Assembly: GCA_041740355.1 (NCBI GenBank)
Contig: JBGSMD010000067.1
Span: forward strand, 1-57,055
Origin: Bdellovibrionota bacterium
GTDB lineage: Bacteria; Bdellovibrionota_C; UBA2361; CALJRW01
Direction: 5' to 3'
Length of the DNA stretch: 57,055 nucleotides
In this document: one piece after another, positions 19,271 to 28,787 of the stretch
How positions within the stretch are numbered: the stretch's first letter is position 1
Layout: each line of letters starts with the position of its first letter
The notes under the pieces: generated by a model
What the model saw: the letters and a program-made list of their open reading frames with translations, nothing else
Database searches by the model: none
Told to the model about the DNA's origin: nothing
Position numbers and translations under genes: made by a program

Positions 19271-19875
19271 TTAATAATATCTTTAAAGCCAAATCCAACT
19301 AAGTAAAATTCATTAGAAGTCTTACGAGTCGATTTCAGTTGAACACGAACAAGCTTTTGAAAGTATTTACGATTTTCATTGATTAGTTGGTCAGTGTCAG
19401 CACTTTTAAATACCTTAATTATTAAATTTGCACCAGTTTTTAAGAGCTTAATGGCAATATAAATAGCTAGTTCTCCGACGGCTGCCGCCCGAGCGTAGTC
19501 ACTTTCTTTGATTCCGTTAAATTTCGGTGACATGTCAGAAAGTACTAAGTCATACTTGCCGTTATTTAGATCAAAAGCTTGTTGAATCGTATTTTCATCA
19601 GTTAGGTCTCCTTGGAGTAAGGCGATATTTTCATGGGGAAATGGATCGATTTCAGCAATATCAACTCCTACAATAAAACCACGAGCTCCCATTTTTTCAT
19701 AAGTGTATTCTATCCATCCTCCTGGCCAAGCTCCAAGGTCAATAACTTTCATTCCCGGACTAATAATTTGAAACTTTTCATCAATTTCCTTGAGCTTAAA
19801 GTAAGCACGGGATCGGACTCCAAGAGCTTTTGCTTCCAGATAATGATGGTCTTTGCGATCGTATTTTGAGGACAA
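19267..19875 (-). CDS. rlmE: 23S rRNA Um2552 methyltransferase
   Basis: RSRAYFKL, DLGAWPGGW, LSDMSP, KVF; TTG start after AGGAG. Confidence 0.9.
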   Translation of the reverse strand: MSSKYDRKDHHYLEAKALGVRSRAYFKLKEIDEKFQIISPGMKVIDLGAWPGGWIEYTYEKMGARGFIVGVDIAEIDPFPHENIALLQGDLTDENTIQQAFDLNNGKYDLVLSDMSPKFNGIKESDYARAAAVGELAIYIAIKLLKTGANLIIKVFKSADTDQLINENRKYFQKLVRVQLKSTRKTSNEFYLVGFGFKDIIK

Positions 19876-20141
19876 CTTAGCTCCTAGTTTATTAGGCTAA
19901 TGGAGTATAATGCGAGCTTAAGCTAAAAAAATCAAATAGAATGAGTGCTTGGGATATGGTAGATTAATGTAGCACGTTAGGTCTTTTCTTCGATTATAGG
20001 CAATTAATAGCTTTGAATCGCAATTGATCACGATAAGCATTTGAACAAATTGAATAAATCTAGTAGAAATACTCGGTTTAATATTGAAACAATCGTACCC
20101 TAAATCCCAGTAGTTTATAACAAATGACTTGGAAAAATGCG

Positions 20142-20170
20142 CCCCCTTCGCTTAAGCTTTGGAGGACAAG
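20142..20170 (+). repeat. Short REP-like module (family C)
   Basis: CCCCCTTCGCTTAAGCTTTGGAGGACAAG, similar to 51770-51798. Confidence 0.7.
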
Positions 20171-20340
20171 GATCACATTTTTAGTTGATTGGTTTCTAGT
20201 ATAATTGTTTTCCCCAGCTCAAAAGCTTGTAGCAAAAGCTTTTTCGCCTTAGTGACCGCTCGGGTTGCCTCTAGCGCTTCGTGCTTGAGAACGTAGGCGA
20301 CTGGTTTCAAAACGGTAATTTTAAATGTCGCCTAGTATAT

Positions 20341-21171
20341 ATGTCCAAAGATTTATTTAAGCTTGTAGAGGAGTCAAATCATACCTACGAAGCTATTCCC
20401 AAGTGGTTAAAAAATCGGAATGAACCAGATTTTAAGTATTCTGAATATGGTGCTGGTGGTACCAATCTCTTGTTACTACACGGACTATTTGGTGCGATGA
20501 CTAATTGGAGTGACGTTATTCCTTATTTTGAGAAATACTCCAAAGCCATTGCCTTTCATTTTCCACTACTTAGTGGCAACAGAACCGAAGTAAAAATTAA
20601 GCCTCTCGCAGCTTATACTCAGTACTTTATTCTAAAAAAAGAATTAAAGTCACCATTGGTGCTATGCGGAAACTCGTTAGGAGGGCATGTGGCACTTAGA
20701 TTAGCACTAGCTGCTCCGCATTTGGTTGATGCGCTAGTTCTGGCCGGTTCTTCTGGCTTATATGAACATACGGTTGATACACTCCCAGTTCGTCCTTCTA
20801 AGGAATTTATTCGATCCCAAATGGAGCGGGTATTTTATGATCCAAAGTTTATTACCGCCGATGCTTTAAGTGAAGTGCATGGAATTACTAGTAGTAAGAT
20901 TCATCAACTAAACATTATTCACGCAGCGCGTAGCGCTAAGAAAGATTTCCTACTAGATCATTTGAAAAGAATTAATATTCCTGTGCTTCTTGTTTGGGGT
21001 GAACAAGATTTAGTAACTACAATGAGTGTCGCCGAAACTTTTCATAAAAACTTACCTAATTCTAAACTAGTTACTTTTGACAAGTGTGGGCATGCGCCAA
21101 TGATTGAACATCCAGAAAGATTTTCGGAAGTAGTGAAAGAGTTTTTACAAGAAAAAGATTTACTTAAATAG
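20341..21171 (+). CDS. Alpha/beta hydrolase
   Basis: LLHGLFG, GNSLGG nucleophile elbow, WGEQD, GHAPMIE; ATG 20341 preferred over GTG 20281. Confidence 0.9.
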   Translation: MSKDLFKLVEESNHTYEAIPKWLKNRNEPDFKYSEYGAGGTNLLLLHGLFGAMTNWSDVIPYFEKYSKAIAFHFPLLSGNRTEVKIKPLAAYTQYFILKKELKSPLVLCGNSLGGHVALRLALAAPHLVDALVLAGSSGLYEHTVDTLPVRPSKEFIRSQMERVFYDPKFITADALSEVHGITSSKIHQLNIIHAARSAKKDFLLDHLKRINIPVLLVWGEQDLVTTMSVAETFHKNLPNSKLVTFDKCGHAPMIEHPERFSEVVKEFLQEKDLLK

Positions 21172-21176
21172 GATAA

Positions 21177-21737
21177 ATGGAAAGAACTAATTCTAGTGAA
21201 AAACTGACAATTGGCAGTGTTCTGCCGACCTTTTCCTTAGTAGGAATTGACGATAAAAAGTATACGCAGGATTATTTTCAAGGAGCTAAGGCCAGCTTAG
21301 TTATTTTTACTTGTAATCATTGCCCTTATGTTAAAGGTAGCGAACTTGCGATGAATCAAGCGATTGGAAATTTTTTGGGTCACGGATTAAAAGTTCTCGC
21401 AATTAATTCTAATGATTCCGAGCAATATCCGGAAGATAGTTTTGAGAAAATGAAAGAGAAGACTTGGTCTTATCCGTATCTTTATGATCAGGAACAGTCT
21501 GTGGCTAAGTCCTTTGATGCTGCCTGTACTCCAGAGTGCTATTTATTCAACGCTGATGGAAAACTTGCTTTTCATGGCACGATTAACAATAGCCCAAGAA
21601 ATCCGGATCAAGTCACACAAAATTTTTTAATGACAGCGATTGAACAAGTGTTAAGTTGTGGGGTTGCGACACCCGATTTTGCACATCCCATGGGCTGCTC
21701 CATTAAATGGAAACCTAAGCACTCAACCTTTGGCTGA
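21177..21737 (+). CDS. Thioredoxin-family (AhpC/TSA, PRX-like) protein
   Basis: FTCNHCPYV, YPEDS, AACTPE, GCSIKWK. Confidence 0.9.
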   Translation: MERTNSSEKLTIGSVLPTFSLVGIDDKKYTQDYFQGAKASLVIFTCNHCPYVKGSELAMNQAIGNFLGHGLKVLAINSNDSEQYPEDSFEKMKEKTWSYPYLYDQEQSVAKSFDAACTPECYLFNADGKLAFHGTINNSPRNPDQVTQNFLMTAIEQVLSCGVATPDFAHPMGCSIKWKPKHSTFG

Positions 21738-21872
21738 TCTCGAAAGAAATAATTTAGCAAAATACTTCCGTCGTCGCCGAAGGCTTTGACGGGACTAGCT
21801 CTGTCCTAGGAGTACGCCTGCGTTTTTGCTAAACTATTTAATTCGACTTCAACTCAAATTTTGAGTGCTTAG
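21715..21872. repeat. Palindromic MITE-like element overlapping a gene end, with a nested family C module
   Basis: Perfect 12-bp TIR CTAAGCACTCAA/TTGAGTGCTTAG; inner TTTAGCAAAA/TTTTGCTAAA. Confidence 0.8.
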
Positions 21873-21940
21873 AATTAACTCTCAAAATTAATATAACTTA
21901 TTTTGAGCGAAGTAGATCCTTTGGTAAATGAATAATAGAA

Positions 21941-23932
21941 ATGAATAACAACACACAACTAAAAAAACTAGCATTAAACATTCGGATTCTTGCCGCTGCA
22001 GGTGTTGAGAAAGCAAACTCCGGGCATCCCGGTATGCCAATGGGAACAGCTGATATTGCTGCCGTAATGTGGTCGGAATTCTTGAAATTTAATCCGGCAG
22101 ATACCTCATGGTTAGGACGTGATCGTTTTGTTCTTTCTGCCGGTCATGGTTCAATGTTGCTTTATTCACTATTACACTTATTCAAGTTTGATTTACCAAT
22201 GGAGCAACTTAAGCAATTCCGACAGTTTGGAAGTTTGACTCCCGGACATCCCGAGTTTGGTTTAACTCCAGGAGTGGAAGTTACAACTGGCCCACTAGGG
22301 GCTGGCTTTGCCAACGGTGTTGGGATGGCTTTGTCTGCTAAAATGTATCAAGCAAAATATAAAACTGATTTGTTAGCTAATAACATTTATGGAATTGTTA
22401 GCGATGGAGACCTAATGGAAGGTGTCACAGCAGAGGCGGCCTCGCTGGCTGGTCATTGGAAACTAGATAATATTATTTATGTTTATGACGACAATGATAT
22501 TTCTATCGGTGGGCACACTGATATTTGTTTTACAGAAAGCGTTCCAGCAAGATTTAAAGCTTATGGATGGAAAGTTTATGAGGTCGATGGTCATAATCTT
22601 GATGAATTACGTTCAGCCTTAACAGCGGCGCGCGATCAAAAAGAAGCTCCAGCTTTAATTTGTGCCCGAACTAAAATTGGATTTGGTAGTCCTAATAAAA
22701 ATAACACAGCAGATGTGCATGGTTCGCCTTTAGGTCGTGAGGAATTAGAACTTGTTAAGAAAACTTTGGGCTGGACTTTTACGGAAGAGTTCTTTGTGGA
22801 TCCGGAAGTAGCTACTTTTTGTGAGCAAGTTGTAACTCAAAATAAAAGTGCTGCTGCTAAATGGGAGCAAGACTTTAAAGGATGGCAATCTAGCAATTCT
22901 GAGTTATCTGCAAAATTAAAATTTCAATTAAGTAAAGAAATACCAACCGAGTTAGAGGATGAACTTTTTGCGGAACTTGGTAAAATTGATAAAGATGCGA
23001 CTAGAAATATTTCAGGAAAAGCCATTCAAGTCATTGCAAAGCATCTACCGGGATTTGCTGGGGGCTCTGCCGATCTAGAACCTTCAACTAAAACTTTAAT
23101 TAAAGATTCAGGTGATGTGAAAGCTGGGAGCTACGCAAACTCTAATATCCGTTATGGAGTACGCGAGCACGCCATGGGATCTATTGCCAATGGGTTTGCA
23201 TATAGCGGAGGATGGTTCCCATACACAGCAACGTTTTTAGTCTTCTCGGATTATATGCGACCACCGCTTCGTTTAGCGGCTTTGTCTCACTTACAGTCAC
23301 TATTTATCTTTACCCATGATTCATTCTTTGTTGGTGAAGACGGACCTACCCATCAACCAATTGAACATTTGTCAGTACTTAGAGCGATTCCTAGATTGGA
23401 TGTTTATCGACCAGCAGATGGTTTAGAAACAGCAGCTTGTTACATGTCTAGCTTGAAGCGTCAAACACATCCTGCTGCGTTATTGTTCACACGCCAAGCA
23501 ATCCCTGCCTTGCAAAGGCATGCTGATTTTAAAAACTCAGATTTGGCTAAAGGTGGTTATATTGTAGCGGGAGCAGACGCTAAGGATTTATTAATAATTG
23601 CTAGTGGTTCGGAAGTATCACTAGCTCAAGAATCGGCTCAAAAGCTTGCCGAGTCACATGGAATTAAGGCCCGAGTAGTTTCAATCCCTTGTTTAGAGGT
23701 TTTCTTGGAGCAAGACGAGGCTTACCAAGAGCAAGTTATTCCAAGTTCTGCAATAAAGGTTCTAATCGAAGCGGGAAGTTCTTGGGGATGGGGCAATATC
23801 TTAGGTAGGGACGTGGTTTATATAACTAAAGATTCTTATGGGGCGTCTGCTCCCGATAAAGTCCTAGCCAAGGAATTTGGTTTTAGTGTAGAAAATGTTG
23901 TAACTCAAGTTCTGAGTAAAATTCCAAAATAG
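21941..23932 (+). CDS. tkt: Transketolase
   Basis: SGHPG, RDRFVLSAGH, GDLMEG, GEDGPTHQP. Confidence 0.97.
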   Translation: MNNNTQLKKLALNIRILAAAGVEKANSGHPGMPMGTADIAAVMWSEFLKFNPADTSWLGRDRFVLSAGHGSMLLYSLLHLFKFDLPMEQLKQFRQFGSLTPGHPEFGLTPGVEVTTGPLGAGFANGVGMALSAKMYQAKYKTDLLANNIYGIVSDGDLMEGVTAEAASLAGHWKLDNIIYVYDDNDISIGGHTDICFTESVPARFKAYGWKVYEVDGHNLDELRSALTAARDQKEAPALICARTKIGFGSPNKNNTADVHGSPLGREELELVKKTLGWTFTEEFFVDPEVATFCEQVVTQNKSAAAKWEQDFKGWQSSNSELSAKLKFQLSKEIPTELEDELFAELGKIDKDATRNISGKAIQVIAKHLPGFAGGSADLEPSTKTLIKDSGDVKAGSYANSNIRYGVREHAMGSIANGFAYSGGWFPYTATFLVFSDYMRPPLRLAALSHLQSLFIFTHDSFFVGEDGPTHQPIEHLSVLRAIPRLDVYRPADGLETAACYMSSLKRQTHPAALLFTRQAIPALQRHADFKNSDLAKGGYIVAGADAKDLLIIASGSEVSLAQESAQKLAESHGIKARVVSIPCLEVFLEQDEAYQEQVIPSSAIKVLIEAGSSWGWGNILGRDVVYITKDSYGASAPDKVLAKEFGFSVENVVTQVLSKIPK

Positions 23933-24093
23933 AATTATCCTTTAGCTATAGTGCCGATTCTATTTTATTAGAATATACTAGCCACAGCTAATAGGAAATT
24001 GAATATTTTAAATTATCTCATAACGATATTAAAGTCTTATTAGATTAAGAAGTTTTTTTATTAAGGCGTAATTACTTAAGGACTTTTCTGACA

Positions 24094-25356
24094 ATGTCTA
24101 AAGATTATAAATTCCCAATTAAATATTCAGTAATTTTTATTTTGCTCTGCTTGCTAGGTTCCTGGATTTCATGGCAAACAGTACTGGTGCATTTTGAAAC
24201 CAAAAATGGTTTAGCTTCAACTGGAAGTGTTTGTAACATCAGCCAAGAGTTTAACTGTCAAGCCGTGGTTACTAGTGAGTGGTCGGAGATCGTTGGAATC
24301 CCATTGGGTGCATTTGGAGTCGCCTTTTATTTAAGCCTAGTTCTTTTATTGCTACATTCTTATTATTCTAAGTTTTGGTCCACTCGACAGTTATTGATTC
24401 TCTACACGCCAGCATTACTACTATCAGTTTTGGCTTCCTGTTTTCTTTTCTATATTTCAAAATTTGTTGTTCAAGTCCTTTGTCCATTATGTTTAATGTT
24501 ATATGGAATCAATATCCTAATGTTGATTCTGGTACTTGTAGCTATTTATCAGACAAAAGCAGGATCATCTTTACTTCAAATAATTTATCAAGAGTATCGC
24601 CAGTTACTCGGCAGTCTAAAGAACAATTTAATTAAATTTAAAATTTCAGCACTGAGCGAATATCTTTTAAGTCTAGGTTTAATTTCCGTGTTGCTCCTAG
24701 GTGTTTTAGTTTTACTTAGGTTTACCGAAGGTAACTATAAATCTAAAATTATCTCTTGGCCAACAAACGAGAGATTGGCAATTGATTTAAAACTTCAATC
24801 TGGCATAAATGATGACTACTATTTTGGGGATTTAAATGCCCCAGTGCAGATAGTGGAGTTCGCCGACTTTCAATGTCCTGCTTGCCGTCATTTAGGAAGT
24901 AAAATTAAGGATTGGCTAAGTGAATATCAAGGAAAGTACTACTTTGTATATCTTCATTATCCCTTGGATCAGATTTGTAATTCTGATATGAAGCGACCTT
25001 TTCATCAGATCGCCTGCTACCTCTCCGAGATAAGTCGCTGTGCCGGAGAGCAACAAAAGTTTTGGGAAGTTTATTATTATTTAGTTCGATTAGAGCAGGA
25101 ATCTTTCTTGGGAGATGTGCAGAAAGGGGCCGATAAAATATTGAAGGATTTGACAGCTTTTGCTGCCCTGGACCCTATTGCCCTCCAGGCCTGCCTAGAT
25201 TCCGGTCATCAACTAGAAAATATTAAGGACGATATTAAACGAGCGGGGACCTTGAAAATTGCTAGCACACCATCATTATTTATTAATGGTCAGAGAGTGA
25301 GGAATTTATCAGAGCAAAGTATTAAAAATATTATGAAAAAAGTTTTAGAAAAGTAA
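24094..25356 (+). CDS. VKOR-DsbA fusion
   Basis: VKOR Cys pair (CNISQEFNC) and CPLC; DsbA domain EFADFQCPAC, STPS.FING. Confidence 0.9.
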   Translation: MSKDYKFPIKYSVIFILLCLLGSWISWQTVLVHFETKNGLASTGSVCNISQEFNCQAVVTSEWSEIVGIPLGAFGVAFYLSLVLLLLHSYYSKFWSTRQLLILYTPALLLSVLASCFLFYISKFVVQVLCPLCLMLYGINILMLILVLVAIYQTKAGSSLLQIIYQEYRQLLGSLKNNLIKFKISALSEYLLSLGLISVLLLGVLVLLRFTEGNYKSKIISWPTNERLAIDLKLQSGINDDYYFGDLNAPVQIVEFADFQCPACRHLGSKIKDWLSEYQGKYYFVYLHYPLDQICNSDMKRPFHQIACYLSEISRCAGEQQKFWEVYYYLVRLEQESFLGDVQKGADKILKDLTAFAALDPIALQACLDSGHQLENIKDDIKRAGTLKIASTPSLFINGQRVRNLSEQSIKNIMKKVLEK

Positions 25357-26439
25357 TTGATGTCTGAAGTTTTACCTAACTCCGAAGTCGAACGCATCTA
25401 CGTTTCAATTGTCCATTATAATTCTCTAACGGCACATAATCCGACGATACTTCGAAAGTCTTTCGAGTCAATTTTGAAACAAGAGGATTATATCTTAGGG
25501 AAAAATCTCTTCCTAAGAATTTGTGATAATGGATCGACTGATTCAACCACCAGTTTCCTAAGGGAGTTAGTTGCTGGGCGGGACATATTTCTTCAGATAA
25601 ATAATGCTAATCTAGGATTTTCTGGTGCGCACAACCAGAGTGTTTTTAAATTCTTACATTCTAACTGTAATTATTTATTAATTTTAAATCCAGACTTGGC
25701 ACTCGAACCCAATGCCATAAAGGAGTTAGTGTTGGCACTCAAGGCTAATCCGCAAGCTGGTTTGGCTGGAGCCAAACTTTATCGTGGAGATGATCAATTA
25801 GTTCCTCTTAGTCCCTCAACTTTAGATTCCGCTGGAATGGAGTTAACTGACAACTTAAGGCATTTAGATCGTGGCTCTGATCAATTGGATCAGGGGCAGT
25901 TTAATCGTCCAGAGTTTGTTTTTGGGATCACCGGAGCATGTTTATTGATCAGTAAAATCGCTGTGCAGAAACTTATTTTGCCAAGTAATAATTTTCAATC
26001 CAGTCTTTATCAAATCTATCCCCAGTTAGAAGTTGGAGTGCAAGAGCGTTATGAGCTTTTTGATGAATCATTCTTTGCCTATCGAGAAGATGCTGATCTT
26101 TGTTGGCGTGCAAGCAACCAAGGGATTAAGTCGTTTTATCAACCAACCGCAGAAGGTGTGCATTGTCGAGTAGTATTACCAAACAATCGAAAAAATGTTT
26201 CATCCACATTAAATTATTTGAGTGTTCGTAATCGATTCTTGTTGCAAATTAATAACTATTTTTTTAAGAAGAAACCGCGTGCTTTTATTTCTGGAATCTT
26301 ACTTCGAAATTTATTAGTTTTTTTTGCTAGCTTAACAGTGGAGCGAAGTTCATGGAAAGCCTTTCAAGATTTAAGAATAATATTTAAGCGGGCCTATCAG
26401 AATCGGAAAGTTTTATCAGCGCGAGTTAAGAATGAATGA
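25357..26439 (+). CDS. Glycosyltransferase family 2
   Basis: DNGSTD, NLGF, LNPD, TGACLL, FFAYREDADLCWR. Confidence 0.9.
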   Translation: MMSEVLPNSEVERIYVSIVHYNSLTAHNPTILRKSFESILKQEDYILGKNLFLRICDNGSTDSTTSFLRELVAGRDIFLQINNANLGFSGAHNQSVFKFLHSNCNYLLILNPDLALEPNAIKELVLALKANPQAGLAGAKLYRGDDQLVPLSPSTLDSAGMELTDNLRHLDRGSDQLDQGQFNRPEFVFGITGACLLISKIAVQKLILPSNNFQSSLYQIYPQLEVGVQERYELFDESFFAYREDADLCWRASNQGIKSFYQPTAEGVHCRVVLPNNRKNVSSTLNYLSVRNRFLLQINNYFFKKKPRAFISGILLRNLLVFFASLTVERSSWKAFQDLRIIFKRAYQNRKVLSARVKNE

Positions 26440-27232
26440 TTTTAAAAATCTTAAAGTTTTAATCACAGGAGCATCTTCTGGAATTGGGGCAGAATTTGCC
26501 AGGCAAATGGCTAAGAAGGGAGCTTCTTTAATACTTGTCGCTAGACGACAAGATTTATTAGAAAAACTAGCTACGGAGTTGCGTGCTAGTGGAGCCGCGG
26601 CAGTTCAAGTCTTGCCTGCTGATTTGTCAGAGGCGGAAGGATTACAAGTAGTTACTCAGCAAATTAATTCAGACCGGATTGATTTATTAATAAATAATGC
26701 CGGCAAGGGTTCTTTTGGATATTTTGAAGCATTAGATATAGATCAAGAACTTAAACAGATAAATTTAAATGTTGTAGCAACTGTTGCCTTAGCGCATGCT
26801 GTAATTCCCCAAATGAAGCTTAGGAAATCTGGCGCGATTATTTCAGTGTCTTCGATTGCCGCTTTTCAGCCGCTACCACTAATGGCTACTTATGCGGCGA
26901 CCAAGTCATTTAATTTTATGCACTCAATCGCTTTAAGGGAAGAACTTCGTCCTTTTGGGATTAAAGTTTTAACGCTGTGCCCGGGACCAACGGCTACAGA
27001 GTTTGGTGGTGTTGCTCGAGTTCCAGGTACGATTAGTGCTGTAGCTCGAGATGAAGTTCAAATGGTTGTAAGTAAAACTTTACAGGCTTTGTCCAGTAAT
27101 CAGGCTTTTGTAGTAACAGGGCTGCGTTCATTGGGGATGTCTTTAATGTCCCGTGTGTTACCAAAGACTTTCACTACCTGGATAGTGGGACGGGGCTTAA
27201 GGCAAACACTTAATCAATCATTAAAATTCTAA
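26432..27232 (+). CDS. Short-chain dehydrogenase/reductase (DltE-like)
   Basis: TGASSGIG, NNAG, YAATK. Confidence 0.92.
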   Translation: MNDFKNLKVLITGASSGIGAEFARQMAKKGASLILVARRQDLLEKLATELRASGAAAVQVLPADLSEAEGLQVVTQQINSDRIDLLINNAGKGSFGYFEALDIDQELKQINLNVVATVALAHAVIPQMKLRKSGAIISVSSIAAFQPLPLMATYAATKSFNFMHSIALREELRPFGIKVLTLCPGPTATEFGGVARVPGTISAVARDEVQMVVSKTLQALSSNQAFVVTGLRSLGMSLMSRVLPKTFTTWIVGRGLRQTLNQSLKF

Positions 27233-27321
27233 ATACCTACCATTTCAAACCATCGTTCTATCTTCATTTACCTCAAAAAAGAACTAAAAAAGTAGTTCTA
27301 ATTAACCGACAAACTACTTCG

Positions 27322-28764
27322 ATGAGCAAAGAGTTTTCTGCCCTACAAAGCTATGAGTTTCAACCGGATGTTGTTCTAAAGGGGCGTTTTTTAATTAAGC
27401 AAAAGATTGCCACAGGTGGGATGGGGAACATTTTTCTTTGTCAAGACTTGGCAGAAGGTATTCCGGTTGCAATTAAAATCTTGCACCGAATTTATCAGAA
27501 CGACTCAGACTATATTAAAAGATTTTCGCAAGAAGTTTCAATTGCTTCACAGATTGAACATCCAAATGTTGTTAAAATATTTGAGCTGTTTGAATCTAAG
27601 GATTTATCTTTTTTTTCTATGGAATATGTTTATGGTGAATCACTCGATCTGCGAATACGTCGTGAGGACTATACAGAAAATGAAATTTCTCGGCTGATTA
27701 TTGAAATTGCTGATGGGTTAAATGCAATTCATAAACTTAATTTAATTCACCGCGACCTAAAACCTGGTAATATTATGTGCCAACCCGATCGATCTCATAA
27801 GATTATTGATTTTGGTGTTAGTAAGTCAGCAACTTCTAAACTTACAAAGAAGAATGTGCGTGTTGGTTCGATTTCATTTATTGCCCCTGAGATATGGCTT
27901 GGTAAGAAGGCAACTCCGGCAGCAGATTTTTATAGTTTAGGATGTCTACTTTACGAAGTTGTAAATGGGGAAGTTCCATTTTTATCAGAGAGTCCTTTGG
28001 CGCTAATGAAAGAACATTGTGCATCACCTGTACCGGCATTTAAAAAGGAAGTTAGCCCTTGGTTGGAAGATTTAATCTTAAAATTGTTAGCAAAGCTTCC
28101 CGAAGAGCGGCCCACAGCTAATGATTTAATTAGAATTGTTCGCGAACACTCCCTGGAAAGTCAAAGTATTCAGATTTTTGATTCTAGTCATGATGCTCGA
28201 ACTTTGCGTAGTGGACAATCAATGATTACTGTTGTCGATGGTTGGCAAGCAAACAAAGGACATTTGTCAGCAGGAGCAACTCGGGGAAAAGATATTACTG
28301 AATCAAGAAGGCAGTTAGTTTTTTCTTTAAAGGCCACACGTCCAGCACATTTAGAAAAAACTTTTAACAAGATTTCTCAGAGCCGCAGAGGCAAGACATT
28401 GGTTCTAAAGTTGCCGATGAATTCAGCTTTAATTTTTAATTTTGAAATACCCACCCGAGATTTTTTATTCTTAGGAATATTCTTAGGATCATTAAATTTA
28501 TTTGATTGGTATTTGACTCATCAGGGGGTTACTACTTTTGGCTTGATGGCGGAAGGAAATAGCTTCTTAAAAAGTCTGATGCACCAACATGGAGCAAAAG
28601 AAGCTTTGTTGTATGCCAAAGGAACAACTATCTTAATTGTCTTTATTTTAACTATCTTAGCTCGGAAGTCGAAAATGGTAAAAGACTTAGTGGGGTTTTT
28701 ATCTTTGGTATATTTGATTGCTGCGATTATCCCTTGGATTTATATCCTCTATTACCGACAGTAG
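27322..28764 (+). CDS. Ser/Thr kinase with a C-terminal DUF5658-like membrane domain
   Basis: GGMG, AIK, HRDLKPGN, DFG, APE; C-terminal NLFDWYLT...G...EGN. Confidence 0.88.
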   Translation: MSKEFSALQSYEFQPDVVLKGRFLIKQKIATGGMGNIFLCQDLAEGIPVAIKILHRIYQNDSDYIKRFSQEVSIASQIEHPNVVKIFELFESKDLSFFSMEYVYGESLDLRIRREDYTENEISRLIIEIADGLNAIHKLNLIHRDLKPGNIMCQPDRSHKIIDFGVSKSATSKLTKKNVRVGSISFIAPEIWLGKKATPAADFYSLGCLLYEVVNGEVPFLSESPLALMKEHCASPVPAFKKEVSPWLEDLILKLLAKLPEERPTANDLIRIVREHSLESQSIQIFDSSHDARTLRSGQSMITVVDGWQANKGHLSAGATRGKDITESRRQLVFSLKATRPAHLEKTFNKISQSRRGKTLVLKLPMNSALIFNFEIPTRDFLFLGIFLGSLNLFDWYLTHQGVTTFGLMAEGNSFLKSLMHQHGAKEALLYAKGTTILIVFILTILARKSKMVKDLVGFLSLVYLIAAIIPWIYILYYRQ

Positions 28765-28787
28765 GACTTAGTGTTACTTGCTTAAGA

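Noticed and set aside
19946-20112. Possible additional long palindrome (TGGGATATGGTAGATT / AATCGTACCCTAAATCCCA)
   Set aside because: The arms are too degenerate and the interior pairing too weak to call
20281-20340. GTG-started N-terminal extension of the hydrolase; likewise the longer starts for argG, the vWA gene, DUF1328 and the wHTH gene
   Set aside because: Downstream ATGs fit SD position or family N-termini better
24094-25356. VKOR-DsbA fusion as a novelty
   Set aside because: VKOR fused to thioredoxin-fold domains is a known architecture
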